Assembly: GCF_000002075.1 (NCBI RefSeq)
Contig: NW_004797550.1
Location: 40,242 to 104,241 of the forward strand
Source: Aplysia californica
Lineage: Eukaryota
Direction of reading: 5' to 3'
DNA length: 64,000 bases
Below are positions 26,401 to 36,555 of this stretch, in pieces. Both the position numbers and the translations under genes were made by a program. The notes under the pieces are model-generated. The model ran no database searches. It was not told where the DNA came from and saw nothing but the letters and a program-made list of their open reading frames with translations. The first letter of the stretch is position 1; every line of letters starts with the position of its first letter.

Positions 26401-29400
26401 GTGGAGTCTTGTGTGAGTGCCCGGGGAAGCGTTCTTCAGGCTTTTCCTCTTTTGATACATTTTACTATTGCGCATTTGAAAATCAATTTTTGTTTTAAAA
26501 TGTATATAAGGTTGATTATTCAGTGTTGAATTAAATATCAGTGTCCTTACTTCAAAATCATTGAGGAAATGAAAGTGTTACAAGCTGTTACAAAACAAGT
26601 TCCAGATTTTAAAGATCAGCTCGCTCATTACCCTGGCCTTGTCTGTGAATGTGCTGGGATGTGTCAAGACGGTGAAGTACCTACAGCCAAGAAGAGGTCA
26701 GAAAGTTTTTTTTTAGCTAACAGTTACAGTTTGACTGTATTTGGTTACTTTAAAATGCACCGTTGGAAATGCTTTTTCATCCAAGTTATGGCCAAAGACA
26801 GTTAACGGAATGATTGAAATGTTTCTGACAGTTGAAGATGTTAATACTTTCTTGTATGAAAGGTTTCCATACAGAAAGGAAATGCTTTCTTTTTTTGTGT
26901 GTTTCAATGTAGAACGTTGGTGTTAAGTGAATTCTTACTGTCCTCAGCGATGGCCCTCCCTGTGGTCCAGGATGTAGAATCCTCTGAAGACGAGGCCAAC
27001 ATAACCTGGGGCGTTCTTTCTGCTGATAAAGGCAGCAGACATGGGCAGTTCTACTACATTGAGTACAGGAAATTAAGTGAGTACCTTTTTTGATAAAAAG
27101 AAATTCTCATCCTCCCTTCTCGTTTTAATGAATCTGTTATCCTATGCCTCCCTTCTCTTTGGTATTTTTTTTCTCTGTTTCACTCTCACTCTCTTTCATG
27201 TCTCACCCCCTGACTTACATTCATGCACCGTGGAGTGTACTGAAAATGTGGCATGACGCAGTGAAATCAGGCTCTCGCCAAGTTTTGATCATACGGAATT
27301 GATAGTATCATCTTAAGGCCTGTCCGTTTTCCTTGTGTTGGGTGAAAATGATATCCATTTATGTTGAATAGAAGGCGAGGTATATGTGATTGAAGGAGGT
27401 GAGGGTCATCTAGTTTCAGAGGTAAAATTAGCGAGAAAATGGCCACCAAAGTTATTTCTTTAGCTTGAAAGTCCATTGAAACTGAAAATTTACATTTCTT
27501 CTGCTTTTAATCAGCGTTTTTCAGTAAAGTCCACACAGAAATATGGTCTTAAATGGGCATGAAAGGTGTTAAACCAAAAAACTAATATTCGATTAAAATT
27601 TCCAAACCTGCGGGAAAACGACGCTGCCTCACAAATAGTGATCATCTTGCTGGGAGTAATGATTTTAGCCCTACTTTCGAGCACTATATGTCAATTTCTT
27701 GACTTTCATTATTTTGACGAGCGCCTGATTTCACCACGTTGCCTGACAAATAGTGATCATCTTGCTCGGAGCACTGTATGTACTTAAGTCTAAGCTTATT
27801 TTGCTTGCAATAGTTTCCTCTCTGTTGACCGATTCCCCCCTCCACCCCACCACCTTACTTCTCAGATACCGAAAAGTGGATGCGCGACAAAGATGTGGTG
27901 GAGGGCCAGTTTTGGGGTGAGCTGAAGCACTTGGAGCCTGGCACCCGGTACGAGGTTCGAGTCCTAGCCATGGCACATGAGAAAGGAGAGTCCCGGCCCA
28001 GTAAACCGTTCCCGTTTGCCACCTCAGGAGTGGGTAAGCCTCGTCTCATATGTGCTCTCTCAATCTCTTGGAGCGTGCACAACCTCACTGACGCCCTCTC
28101 TCACAGGCGAGGGCACTTTCAGATATCTACGCACGAGCACCAGAATGAACACCCTTAAACACAAAAGACATCACATCCGCACAAATGTTCACGCGTGTGC
28201 ACAATCACGCACACACGCACACACACACGCACGCACATTTATTAATGAAGATACTCAAACTCATGAGACCCATGCACTCTCAGATATGAACTCAAGTAAA
28301 TTTTAATGTACATTTTTTCATTCTCATACCTCGCGTTAGATTGCTATCCATCTTTATTTTTTTAATTTGCTTTCTGTCATAATTTTTTTTTTCTGATCTA
28401 TGTTCAGTTTTCCCCTTTTGAACTTTTCCCAATGTTTGTGTCTGTGTGTGTCTTTGTGAATGCAGGAAAGCTGTGTGTTTGCGCAAGTATGTATGTGCCC
28501 CTGTATGCGCATCAATGCGTCATTCCACCCATGGGTGTAATTGTTTGTGAGTGATGAAGTACCATTCGTGCACATGGCAGTCTATTTAGAAATCATTGGG
28601 TTATGTCCTCAGCCCCTGCCTTCTCCACCATGTCTTTTTTTGTTTGTTTTTGGTGGGTTTTTTATTGTTCATTGTCTGTTTGAGTTGTTTGCTACAGTGG
28701 TCACTCAGTCATCTGCTTCTTTTTTTTTTTGAGATTGCTTTTTTTCTTATATTTTTTACCTACATTTTTTCATCAAGTTGTTCAGGTTAAGATTAATGGC
28801 TAAGCTTGTATAAATTTTTGTTAGAAATGTAAGACCAAATGCTGCACTATTCAAGGAGTTTTATATATTGAGGAACTGTACGTTCTGCTGATAAGCCAAG
28901 GCAATTGATAGCGGGCAAGAAAGAAAGAGATTCATTTCTAAAGGGCACATTCACATAACATAGTAAGTAAGCAGGTTGTGTCAAGCCAAATTTGAACAGT
29001 ACAACTATGTTTGAGAAGCGTCTGAGGTGCGTTCTAAGCAACTGGAGGGTTCAAGCCACTTTCTGGGTAGTTTCTTAATTTTGCCGGAGAATATCACTTG
29101 ATTTTAAAGATTTTTTAACAAAGTGACAAGGTCTACTCCAAAATACTAAAATTGGATGATACTTCATTTCCCTACTTTTAGTTCTTCCAATGTGTCCAAA
29201 CCACTCCTTAATTTCAATGCAAAAGATTTTAGTTGTTTGAATCTAAGGTCGTATTTGGGGCACAGAATGGGTTTCCTTGAGGTAAAAGTTATCATGTGAG
29301 ATAAGGGCCAACATATTAAAATAAAACCTGAAGTAGAATGTTGAGTTCCATACATGTATGGTGAATGAGGCAAATCAGAGAGTGTTAACTTAATTGTCAG

Positions 29401-32400
29401 AAGGTTAGGAATCAGGAGCAAAGTCTCCACGCATGTTGATAGAGCCTTTCGAAGGTGAGATTTCTCCTGTAAAGTTTTTGTTTTCTCTGGTATGTTGTCA
29501 TGCTGCTTGTCTATTGCTTCTGTAATTCTTTTTGTCGTAGCTCATGTCAACTGAAGCTTATATAATTGTTATTGTTTTTCCATTGCTGACTGTACATGTA
29601 TGTAGAAACGGTAACTTAATTTATCTGTGCTTTCGTCTGCCAATCTACCATTAGTAGTAAGGGTGCCACATTTCGAAAACTTCCAAGAACTCATTGAGAT
29701 TTTGTGGCACCTTAGTCTGTCATCATTGTTCCTGGTCCCTTCTCCTGAACTGCAATCGACTAGCTGGTACTGAGAGAGACTTAATAGTCTACTCTTGTTA
29801 TTCTATTTTAATGCCTTGTTGTATCTCACAACAGTTCTGTATTTGGTGAAACGGTTAAGATCTTATTCTTTCATGGAAGACACAGGTTTGATTCCCTTGT
29901 GGGGAAGATTATGGTACCAAAAATGTGTCGTTTTTTTTGCGGAGAGGTTGTATCCCCATGCAGCTCGATTTAGCCCGCACTGGCAGGGTCAAAGCAGCCC
30001 GACTCTTAAGTCTTCTGAATGGGGTTGATGTGGTAAAAAATATTTTTAGTCTTTGTCTATCCTGGAATCAATATAAGATGGTGGTGTCCCCTGTCACATT
30101 ACAATCCCCTTCATTGTCAGTTTTCCCCACCTGGAATCTAGTGTCCCAGTTATTGGAGAAATATTACACACTTGTCCTGTTTCGATGACCTGTCCGGTCT
30201 TTAAACAAATGTGTTAATGTGTATCTTCCCTAAACACTATGAAGTAATTTGATTTGCAGTTTGGTCAGTTGTATTTAAGGACTTCAAAGTTTGGGTAATT
30301 TAGATCAATACCACTCTAAGGATTTCTTGGGTCCTTTACTGAATCCATCACCCATGCTTTAGCTATAGGCCCTGCGGGAAAAGGTTTGAAATTGCTCCTT
30401 GAAACTACCCAGGGCCTATAAAGGCCATCAGGTGAAGGGCTTTCTTGCAAGTATGTTTTCGGAGGATAAAAGAGAGTGATTTCACAGAAGACACTTTGCA
30501 AGTGGGTAAATGAGAGCCCTGCTCATGTTTTTAGTATTTGTTCTCCCCAACTCTCTGTCCTGCAAGTATGTTGAATGAGAGACTGGTTAAAGGAAGGAAC
30601 ATAAACCACCAAGTCTTTGTACTCACCTTTGATGTCTAATACAGTAACAGGGGATCAGACTCTTTAACAAACACAAACAAAAAAATCCAAATAAGAGTTG
30701 TGTGGATTCTTTTTGTCTAGATTCATGTCTCAATGCAAGGGGGGGGGGCATTTTCTTCCCCCCCTGAACCCATCTTTCTAGTTATGTTGTTTAAAAAAAG
30801 CACACAATTTGGCTATTCTTTATACATTCATACTTTTGTTTTGTGTTGTCACTGTTTATCCTCAACTCAGATGTGTCTTGTACTTGAATCGTGCTGATGT
30901 GGGTTGCTGGAGGGAATTTTTTTTAGCTCTCTTCGTCTTTTCTGTGTATTTAATCTATTATTTGTCTGGGGGGGTTTTTACGTTTCACCTCAAAGACATT
31001 TGACTGTATTTTCAGTATGTCTCTCTAAAACATGGTTGTTGGGTTAGTGCTTCGGAATAGGCTTCTCCTTCCAGTGTCCTAATATTATTATGTTTCTTGG
31101 TGAAATGTGGCCTTTATTGTACGGAGTCCTTAAATTACAACACATCTCTTCTGAGGCCAACAAGTGGACAACAAACAAGTAACTGTGTTGTTGTTTTTTC
31201 ATATTGCTGTTTTCATCATTTGTTGCCATAAGTCATAAGCTAGTATTTGTGTTTTGTAGTCTCTTATCTAATGTCAGGTTCCCGTCTGTCGGTTGTTGGT
31301 TGGCGCTCTGATGTGGTTTGCTCCTTCTTTTCTATCAGACATCTATCATCCGTTTCTCTTCTCTTTCTTTCCTTTGTATGTAACTCTCTAGTAACACATC
31401 TAATCTTTGGTACTTATAATATGCCCTATTCATTTTACAAGTGCCATAGAACTCTTACTAAAACAAACACAAAAACGTCTGTGTCTAATGTCAGGTTCCT
31501 GTCTGTTCTTCAACTATGTGACCTTTGACCTTTGTGCCTCCCGACCAGGTCTGGGTGGTCTGAGGGTGATGGCCTCTCCCTTGACCCGTGTGGCTCGCAG
31601 CTCAGACAATGAGACTGAGGCCCAGAACACCACTGTGGTGCCCACACTTGAAGGTCAAACAGAAGTGCATTGAGACTCGAACCCTCACCACTCTGTGCAG
31701 TGTCCATGTTTACTAAAGAATGCCTTCCCCCTCTCCCTTGCCTGGGTCCGCTGTTGTCATGACTTGAGTGTTATCCTGCTAATATTTCCTTAACACTGGC
31801 CCTATACATAGCATAGGTATCCTTAACCCTTTCTTAACCGGTACTATGGGGAGGAGGGGGGATGGGAGCAGGCTAAGCTGCCTTCTCCACTTGGTTGTCA
31901 CTGATGGGCTTCACATTAACGTGTGAACATTGGGTTCATGGTAATTTGGGTTTGTGGGTACTGTTGCTGACAGGCAGCACATAATATTAAAACTCTACAA
32001 AAACAAGATTGCTTACATCCAAGATACTGATGGATATATATGGATATGGCACACGCTGGCAGCGAGTTAATACACCAAAGAAAGTTGACGGATCAGTAAG
32101 AAAAAGTGAGAAATGTGAATGGCTCAGTCTCATGTAAGAAAAAGCAGGACTGTTAAGGCCAAGATTCTGATACACATGTATAGGCTGGTGCAACGTAAGA
32201 TGTCGTCCCCTGTCATAGCCAAGTCTGTGACCAACTGAGCTACATGTAACTCTACCCAGTTCGAAACAACATTCCTGTGAAGAAACTGTGCAATAGACAG
32301 GACGGAGTCATTTATTTTGTACTTTCTTTTTATTAGCACAAGGATGAATTGTAGCCACAAGGGCAAGGAACCACTATTTGCCTTTCTCTTGTTTATTGGT

Positions 32401-33853
32401 GTTATTAACTAAACAATTGTAATGCTGAAGAAAGTTATCTAGATCAGTGGAGCACTGACGGTATTTCTGTTATGTATTTGTGTTTGTCTTGCTGTAAGCT
32501 CATATCCAGTCAATGTTTATCTTAATCCAAGGAGAACATAGTCCTGACCCAACAAAATATGTATGTGAGACTATATGCTAACCATAGAGCAGTATACCTG
32601 CATCCTTCCGTGTACCTCTGTCTTTGTCTACCTGTCTTTCTTTCTCTCTATATTTTTCTTAACTAATCAGCATGGTAAAAAGTATCAGGTTTTTTCTGGC
32701 TGTTGTGGTGACTGAGCTGATCATGGCATGCCACCCGGATTCCTTCCTGAACTACACTCTAAAACAGAAAGAGAAAAGCAAACCCTGGAAAAATTGGTGC
32801 CTGTGTGAAAGATGGACAGCACTGATCTATGTGGGATTATCTGTATAATGTGCACCTTGGCTTCTTCGGGGGCCAAGGTTCGTCTCCTGTAGGCCTTTGG
32901 TCTAATCATTTGGTCTATTTTTCAGTTGCAGTTGTGTCTCTACCACAGCCACATGTTTTGATTTTTGTTACTTCGTTATTGCAAACTGATATGAGCCTGC
33001 AAGTGCTGTCCGAGATTGGTTTGAAAAGAGAAAAAAAAGAACAGATTGGATTGGTTCTGACAATAAATTAGTTCAAGTTGTATATTATACTGAAGGATTC
33101 CTATTATTGTTCATGCAACAATTTGTGGACTTTTTTTTTTTGCTCTTTGTTCTTGTTTCTACCACTTTGTGCTTATGACGTAGTCAGTCGTACATTAAAC
33201 TTTTTGTTTTGTTTTTAGCTTTCAGGGATGACACTTCTTTTCCTTTTTGGCATAAAAATGAGGGCCTCCATAAATCTTGTTATTAAAAAAGAAATTTTGA
33301 TTTTTGTCAGATGAGTCTGTGAAAGGAGTGGGATTTGGGCCCCAGATCTTGTATGTAGTCAGTCACAATAGTGTCTTGCCTCTTTGAAGTTTTAATGTTG
33401 TGTGGTTCTTGACAATATTGACAAGCCTGATGATATCTTTTCTGGTTGGTTTGCCTGCCTATTCTGAGCTGCGTGTGTGGCTGCCATGGCCTGTGCGCAA
33501 TTTACATTTTGTTGTGGTGGAATGACATACTACTCAGATTTGTTAGCATTCNNNNNNNNNNNNNNNNNNNNNNNNNNNNNNNNNNNNNNNNNNNNNNNNN
33601 NNNNNNNNNNNNNNNNNNNNNNNNNNNNNNNNNNNNNNNNNNNNNNNNNNNNNNNNNNNNNNNNNNNNNNNNNNNNNNNNNNNNNNNNNNNNNNNNNNNN
33701 NNNCATATTTTGTGCTTCTGTTTTGTGTTTTTGCCTTCCCTCTGTACATTTAAAAAAATTTATTTTTCAAAATTGTGACTAAAAAGGTTTTAGTTTTTTC
33801 TACTTTGGTTTTATGGGTTTGGGTATTTATACTTTATTCAGTCTGTGCTTGCC

Positions 33854-33895
<42 letters not shown>

Positions 33896-36555
33896 TTGGT
33901 GCTTGTGCGTGCGTGCGTGTGTGCGCCTGTTTTGTGTACCTGTGTTTGTACCATTGATTCTGTTTGTTCCTACTTCTTTATATTCAGTTTTTCTCCTCTA
34001 TGCTACATTTATGTACATGCTGAAGTCTTCCCACTGCCAATGTGTGGCTTGTGTTAGAAGTTATTTAAAGCTTTATTTAATAATGGTCGTAGATTTCATT
34101 TTGGAGAGATTTTAAATCTAAAAGACTCATAGATGTTACTTGGTTACATTTTTTTATCGAGTGATTATTTGATTTGTTGATTGACATGCTCAGGAGGTTT
34201 CTCTGTCTGTTCTTTTTCTTTTCCCCATTGTAATTTCTATGAATTAGTTTCTGAATGCGTCTTGTTTAGATCTAACAGCTGTTGGTTTGTAGATGCTGTG
34301 ATGTGCTCTTTTTACCCTTACAATTATTCTTATTTGTCCAAAGTGAATTGTAATCATTTAATGCTATGTTGGCATAAACCTACACACAACATCCCAGTCC
34401 TGCTTTTATGGAGGAAATAGTTGGAGAGTGTCAGCTGCAAGTCCTACTTCTTGGCTCTCCTTCTGTTGCTTCACTCGGTCTTTCTTGCTTTTTCTCTCCC
34501 TTTACTTATTGAGTCAATTTTCTGCTCCCTCGAACTTAAATTTCTCCTAATGAAAGCATCTCTTACAATGTTTAACTCCTTTCTTGGGCAAGAAAATCAC
34601 TATAATTTCAGTGTACTGGGGAATGGTGTTCAAATTTTCAATCTGAGTATGTGCCTTTTCTGTTAATAAATTATCAGCTCCTTCTTTTCACCTTTATCCT
34701 TTTCTATGGGATATATTTTTGCAGTGAAAGAGTTTAAATTTCTTTTAGGAAAAATAGCAGACTTAATGAATGTTTCTTTCTTTTGCCACCAGGTGCATCC
34801 CGGGCAAGTTTCCTGAGCGCAGCCTGGTTCATCGGCATGATGGTAGCCATCATCATTCTCATCCTCATCCTCATCATCGTCTGCATCATCAAGAGGAACC
34901 GTGGTGACAACTACCCAGGTACTTGCAATTTGTGTTGTATTACTTGATCATGTATGGTCTGCTGCGTGTACTTTCTTAGTTTTTCTGTTCTCCTGATCTC
35001 TACCTGTTAACGTTATCATGTAAACTGCAAGTAAACTATATATCTCAACTCAGTTTGCTTTTACTAATTTTATATTGTATTATACCCTAGTGTTTCTTTG
35101 AGCTGGCCAAGGTTATAGATAGTCTGTTGTCCCTTCACCAGAGATCATAACTCCAGTTGCTTCACAAGTATCTCGCGGGCAAAAGTAAGAAAAAATTGGG
35201 TGAAATCGCTTGAAATACCCGAGCTCTCAGAAGTGACACCAAAACTGACACTGTCGCATATGTTTCTCAAGGCCATTTCATGAGATAAAATATTAGATCT
35301 ATTGCTTCCAGCTGGACCACAAACGATTTATTTGATTTTCAAGGTGGTCAGTTTGTTTTTATTTTTTATAAATCAGATCACTATCGGTAACATTCATTTT
35401 GAATTACTTGGCTGACACGCAGGTCAGACTGAAACTGCTCACAGATTGCTCATTTTTTAGATAAATGTCATTTCTTCAGTCTCTTCATCTTTTGTTGTTT
35501 TTCTGTAGTCTATTGTCCCAATCTGTTCCTGGAGAAATGTGCCTGCTCTCGTGCTGACCCACCATAAATTACATCTCATGTTCTTTGTCATTTCAGTGCA
35601 AGAGAAGGAGAGATTGCGAGGCAACTACAATGATGACAACCCTGATCACTTTAACGGCTTTGGCAAGGGGTGAGTATGAAATTTAAATATGAAATGTTTG
35701 TTTATAGTTCTACATGTCGCCTTTGTCTGAGGGCTCACATGATTTCACAATAGCTCTTGGTCTGTCCATTCTAAATATGCCACCTCATTCCCTTCGAGGT
35801 CATACGAAGTTGCCACCTTTTGGATGCATGCCACAATCATTGACTTACATACCACAACTATAAACTGTCTAATATGCTTTTGGTTAAAATGAAATGATGG
35901 AAATGGGTAAAGCATCCTCTCTAAAACTGCTGCATCCTGTTGGGTTGAGCCAGGAATTGAAGAGTGCTCGACTACAGTGTCTTAAGTTGACTTACGAGTC
36001 ACTGAACATATACATACAGACTTTTGAGTGTTTGGCCAAGATATATTTTATATTCCAGACTTGAATGGAAGTGTTTCTTCTTTTACAAGACACAGATAGT
36101 TAAAACATTTTAGTCCTATCAAGATCTTTGCATGTTCTTCTACAGTTATCGATCTGTGCATATATAGGATCCCTTGACTACATTTATGCTGTCTCCCACC
36201 CCGAGTTCCTTGAAGAACAAAACAAACAAAATCAGCCATCAAACTCCTCCCCAAATTTCCAATAAAAATCAAGACTAAAAAGGAAAAATTAGCAACACAC
36301 ACCATTTTGGCAATTAATTTGAGGATTTAGAAAATGAATTCTCTTTAATTTTTTTCCCTCAGAGATGAGAACGGCCTTGGAGGGAGCAGCTCATTTGACC
36401 GTGATGCAGAGAAGGTGCCCCTGGATGAAGACACAGACAGCTTAGACTACGGAGACGATGATGCCAGCAAATTCAACGAGGACGGCTCCTTCATTGGCCA
36501 ATATGGTCGTGGCGAGAAAGGGAATGAGGGAACAAATGCCTCATCTATAGTCTAA
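1032..36555 (+). CDS. Nrg: Neuroglian / L1CAM-family (NrCAM-like) neural cell adhesion molecule, 5'-partial spliced gene, 26 coding exons, ~1240 aa
   Basis: Manually spliced with GT-AG introns and consistent phases (3734 nt): 6 Ig domains, 5 FnIII domains, [29 protein letters not shown], cytoplasmic [11 protein letters not shown]. Signal peptide exon not seen. Confidence 0.95.
3070..3208 (+). CDS. Nrg: Nrg exon, Ig1 (YTWLKDG...DSGVYQCR)
   Basis: Ig I-set motifs; cctcag/gtgagt. Confidence 0.93.
3320..3575. repeat. Degenerate ~30-40 bp minisatellite
   Basis: Recurring tgagtgagataggacattggtcatc-like units. Confidence 0.7.
3920..4065 (+). CDS. Nrg: Nrg exon, Ig1/Ig2 (VTNNCGTA...VLECNPP)
   Basis: AG/GT sites, L1-type LxCNPP. 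Confidence 0.92.
4367..4500 (+). CDS. Nrg: Nrg exon, Ig2 ([11 protein letters not shown]...RRVTMDYN)
   Basis: ctgcag/gttagt; matches L1-family RVTM.xNGNLY motif. Confidence 0.9.
4848..4918. repeat. (GT)n microsatellite
   Basis: Direct reading; others at ~2467-2510, 33856-33892, 38535-38608. Confidence 0.9.
5223..5351 (+). CDS. Nrg: Nrg exon, Ig2 ([12 protein letters not shown]...YVCAAQN)
   Basis: AG/GT sites, Ig motifs. Confidence 0.92.
6228..6330 (+). CDS. Nrg: Nrg exon, Ig3 N-part ([16 protein letters not shown])
   Basis: gtcag/gtaagt; phase-consistent. Confidence 0.9.
6363..6401 (+). mobile_element. Ultra-short retroposon 3' end
   Basis: tgagtcgatagtgccgtaaaacacctactcaatc flanked by 15-bp TSD ataccatcagacttt. 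Confidence 0.75.
6661..6845 (+). CDS. Nrg: Nrg exon, Ig3 (PEPEVSW...EDAGEYKC)
   Basis: ccacag/gtgaga; Ig motifs. Confidence 0.93.
7741..7872 (+). CDS. Nrg: Nrg exon, Ig4 N-part (AAPAWRSHP...[11 protein letters not shown])
   Basis: gtccag/gtgagt. Confidence 0.93.
8385..8528 (+). CDS. Nrg: Nrg exon, Ig4 ([14 protein letters not shown])
   Basis: L1-family QCNASN.HG motif. Confidence 0.94.
9304..9485 (+). CDS. Nrg: Nrg exon, Ig5 ([15 protein letters not shown])
   Basis: cccag/gtaggc. Confidence 0.93.
9497..9580. repeat. (GA)n/(GAGG)n purine tract
   Basis: Direct reading. Confidence 0.9.
9995..10088 (+). CDS. Nrg: Nrg exon, Ig5 C-part ([14 protein letters not shown])
   Basis: gtccag/gtaagt. 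Confidence 0.93.
13373..13481 (+). CDS. Nrg: Nrg exon, Ig6 N-part ([10 protein letters not shown])
   Basis: ctccag/gtgagt; phase-consistent. Confidence 0.9.
13533..13604 (+). mobile_element. 3' tail fragment of the same SINE family
   Basis: gcgctcatatgaccttatgca...gcc.taaaa plus A-rich tail, matching ~60801-60859. Confidence 0.65.
14035..14208 (+). mobile_element. Short (~180 bp) retroposon family, copy 1
   Basis: gggtgctctggtgtgg..tgctcc ... atatgaccttattgc...taaaactcttactaaaactaaa, shared with the 14494, 31290 and 59957 copies. Confidence 0.75.
14232..14401 (+). CDS. Nrg: Nrg exon, Ig6 (YRWLKDG...[14 protein letters not shown])
   Basis: ctctcag/gtaagg. Confidence 0.93.
14494..14956 (+). 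mobile_element. Short retroposon family, copy 2, interrupted by an RTE insertion
   Basis: gtgtggtttgctcc... body; tail taaactctt|actgaaac split by the insert. Confidence 0.6.
14647..14938 (-). mobile_element. 5'-truncated RTE-clade LINE 3' fragment
   Basis: Encodes [37 protein letters not shown] (RTE ORF C-terminus), (TGA)n tail, 9-bp TSD taaactctt 14638-14646 / 14939-14947. Confidence 0.85.
15631..15788 (+). CDS. Nrg: Nrg exon, FnIII-1 N-part ([13 protein letters not shown])
   Basis: ccacag/gtaaaa. Confidence 0.92.
15839..16434. mobile_element. Non-autonomous hAT-type DNA transposon
   Basis: TIRs tagggctggatc / gatccagctcta; 8-bp TSD ctgaaaac (15831-15838 / 16435-16442); CpG-rich subterminal motifs. 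Confidence 0.85.
16629..16800. mobile_element. MITE family A, partial copy
   Basis: ggtgaaatcaggcactcatcaacataatgaaat terminus, similar to 39580 onward. Confidence 0.6.
16981..17199 (+). CDS. Nrg: Nrg exon, FnIII-1/2 ([15 protein letters not shown]...PDKNP)
   Basis: L1-family LSP..Y.FRV.AVN motif. Confidence 0.94.
17315..17412 (+). mobile_element. L2/SINE-type 3' tail
   Basis: tgtaaagcgctcagagc...gagcgctatataaatgtc(ATT)n; degenerate relative at ~55510-55585. Confidence 0.55.
18179..18321 (+). CDS. Nrg: Nrg exon, FnIII-2 ([14 protein letters not shown])
   Basis: ccacag/gtaatg. Confidence 0.92.
18807..18895 (+). CDS. Nrg: Nrg exon, FnIII-2 C-part ([10 protein letters not shown]...GYSGE)
   Basis: Conserved GYSGE motif. 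Confidence 0.94.
18925..19030. repeat. ~30-bp degenerate tandem x3
   Basis: cttgcat.ttgata...acaata units. Confidence 0.6.
19572..19702 (+). CDS. Nrg: Nrg exon, FnIII-3 N-part (FRWDPVD...IRGEFSGYK)
   Basis: ctccag/gtcagt. Confidence 0.93.
20263..20488 (+). CDS. Nrg: Nrg exon, FnIII-3 (IRFW...RRRR...FSTPEG)
   Basis: Conserved F.TPEG motif. Confidence 0.93.
21138..21260 (+). CDS. Nrg: Nrg exon, FnIII-4 N-part ([20 protein letters not shown])
   Basis: gtccag/gtaagt. Confidence 0.93.
25806..25851 (+). mobile_element. Ultra-short retroposon 3' end, second copy
   Basis: Same core plus (CAAT)n tail, 13-bp TSD acagcctgactga. Confidence 0.75.
26230..26412 (+). CDS. Nrg: Nrg exon, FnIII-4 ([18 protein letters not shown])
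   Basis: cctcag/gtgagt. Confidence 0.92.
26948..27076 (+). CDS. Nrg: Nrg exon, FnIII-5 N-part (EANITW...FYYIEYRK)
   Basis: cctcag/gtgagt. Confidence 0.92.
27246..27748. mobile_element. MITE family A copy
   Basis: Inverted ends gtgaaatcaggctctcgccaa / ttgacgagcgcctgatttcac. Confidence 0.72.
27866..28033 (+). CDS. Nrg: Nrg exon, FnIII-5 ([13 protein letters not shown])
   Basis: tctcag/gtaagc. Confidence 0.93.
31290..31483 (+). mobile_element. Short retroposon family, copy 3
   Basis: Same body; 23-bp TSD tctaatgtcaggttccYgtctgt at 31267-31289 / 31484-31506. Confidence 0.78.
31549..31673 (+). CDS. Nrg: Candidate alternative Nrg exon ([41 protein letters not shown]); terminal, or 105-nt cassette 31549-31653
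   Basis: Acceptor ctcccgaccag, phase-1 compatible, GC-richer open frame inside an AT-rich intron. Confidence 0.5.
34793..34918 (+). CDS. Nrg: Nrg transmembrane exon
   Basis: [31 protein letters not shown]. Confidence 0.96.
35597..35669 (+). CDS. Nrg: Nrg cytoplasmic exon ([24 protein letters not shown])
   Basis: tttcag/gtgagt; V.EKE motif. Confidence 0.92.
36363..36555 (+). CDS. Nrg: Nrg last coding exon with FIGQY (36490-36504), ends ...NASSIV*
   Basis: [11 protein letters not shown]...[11 protein letters not shown]; TAA at 36553-36555. Confidence 0.96.

Noticed and set aside
29443-29454. 12-nt in-frame microexon with AAG|GTGAGA donor
   Set aside because: The acceptor lacks a pyrimidine tract.
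34900-34908. RGD integrin motif
   Set aside because: Lies on the cytoplasmic side of the TM helix.
36059-36070. 12-nt RSLE-equivalent microexon (ttccAG|acttgaatggaa|GTgttt)
   Set aside because: Right size and intron, but the donor is very weak; unsupported without reads.
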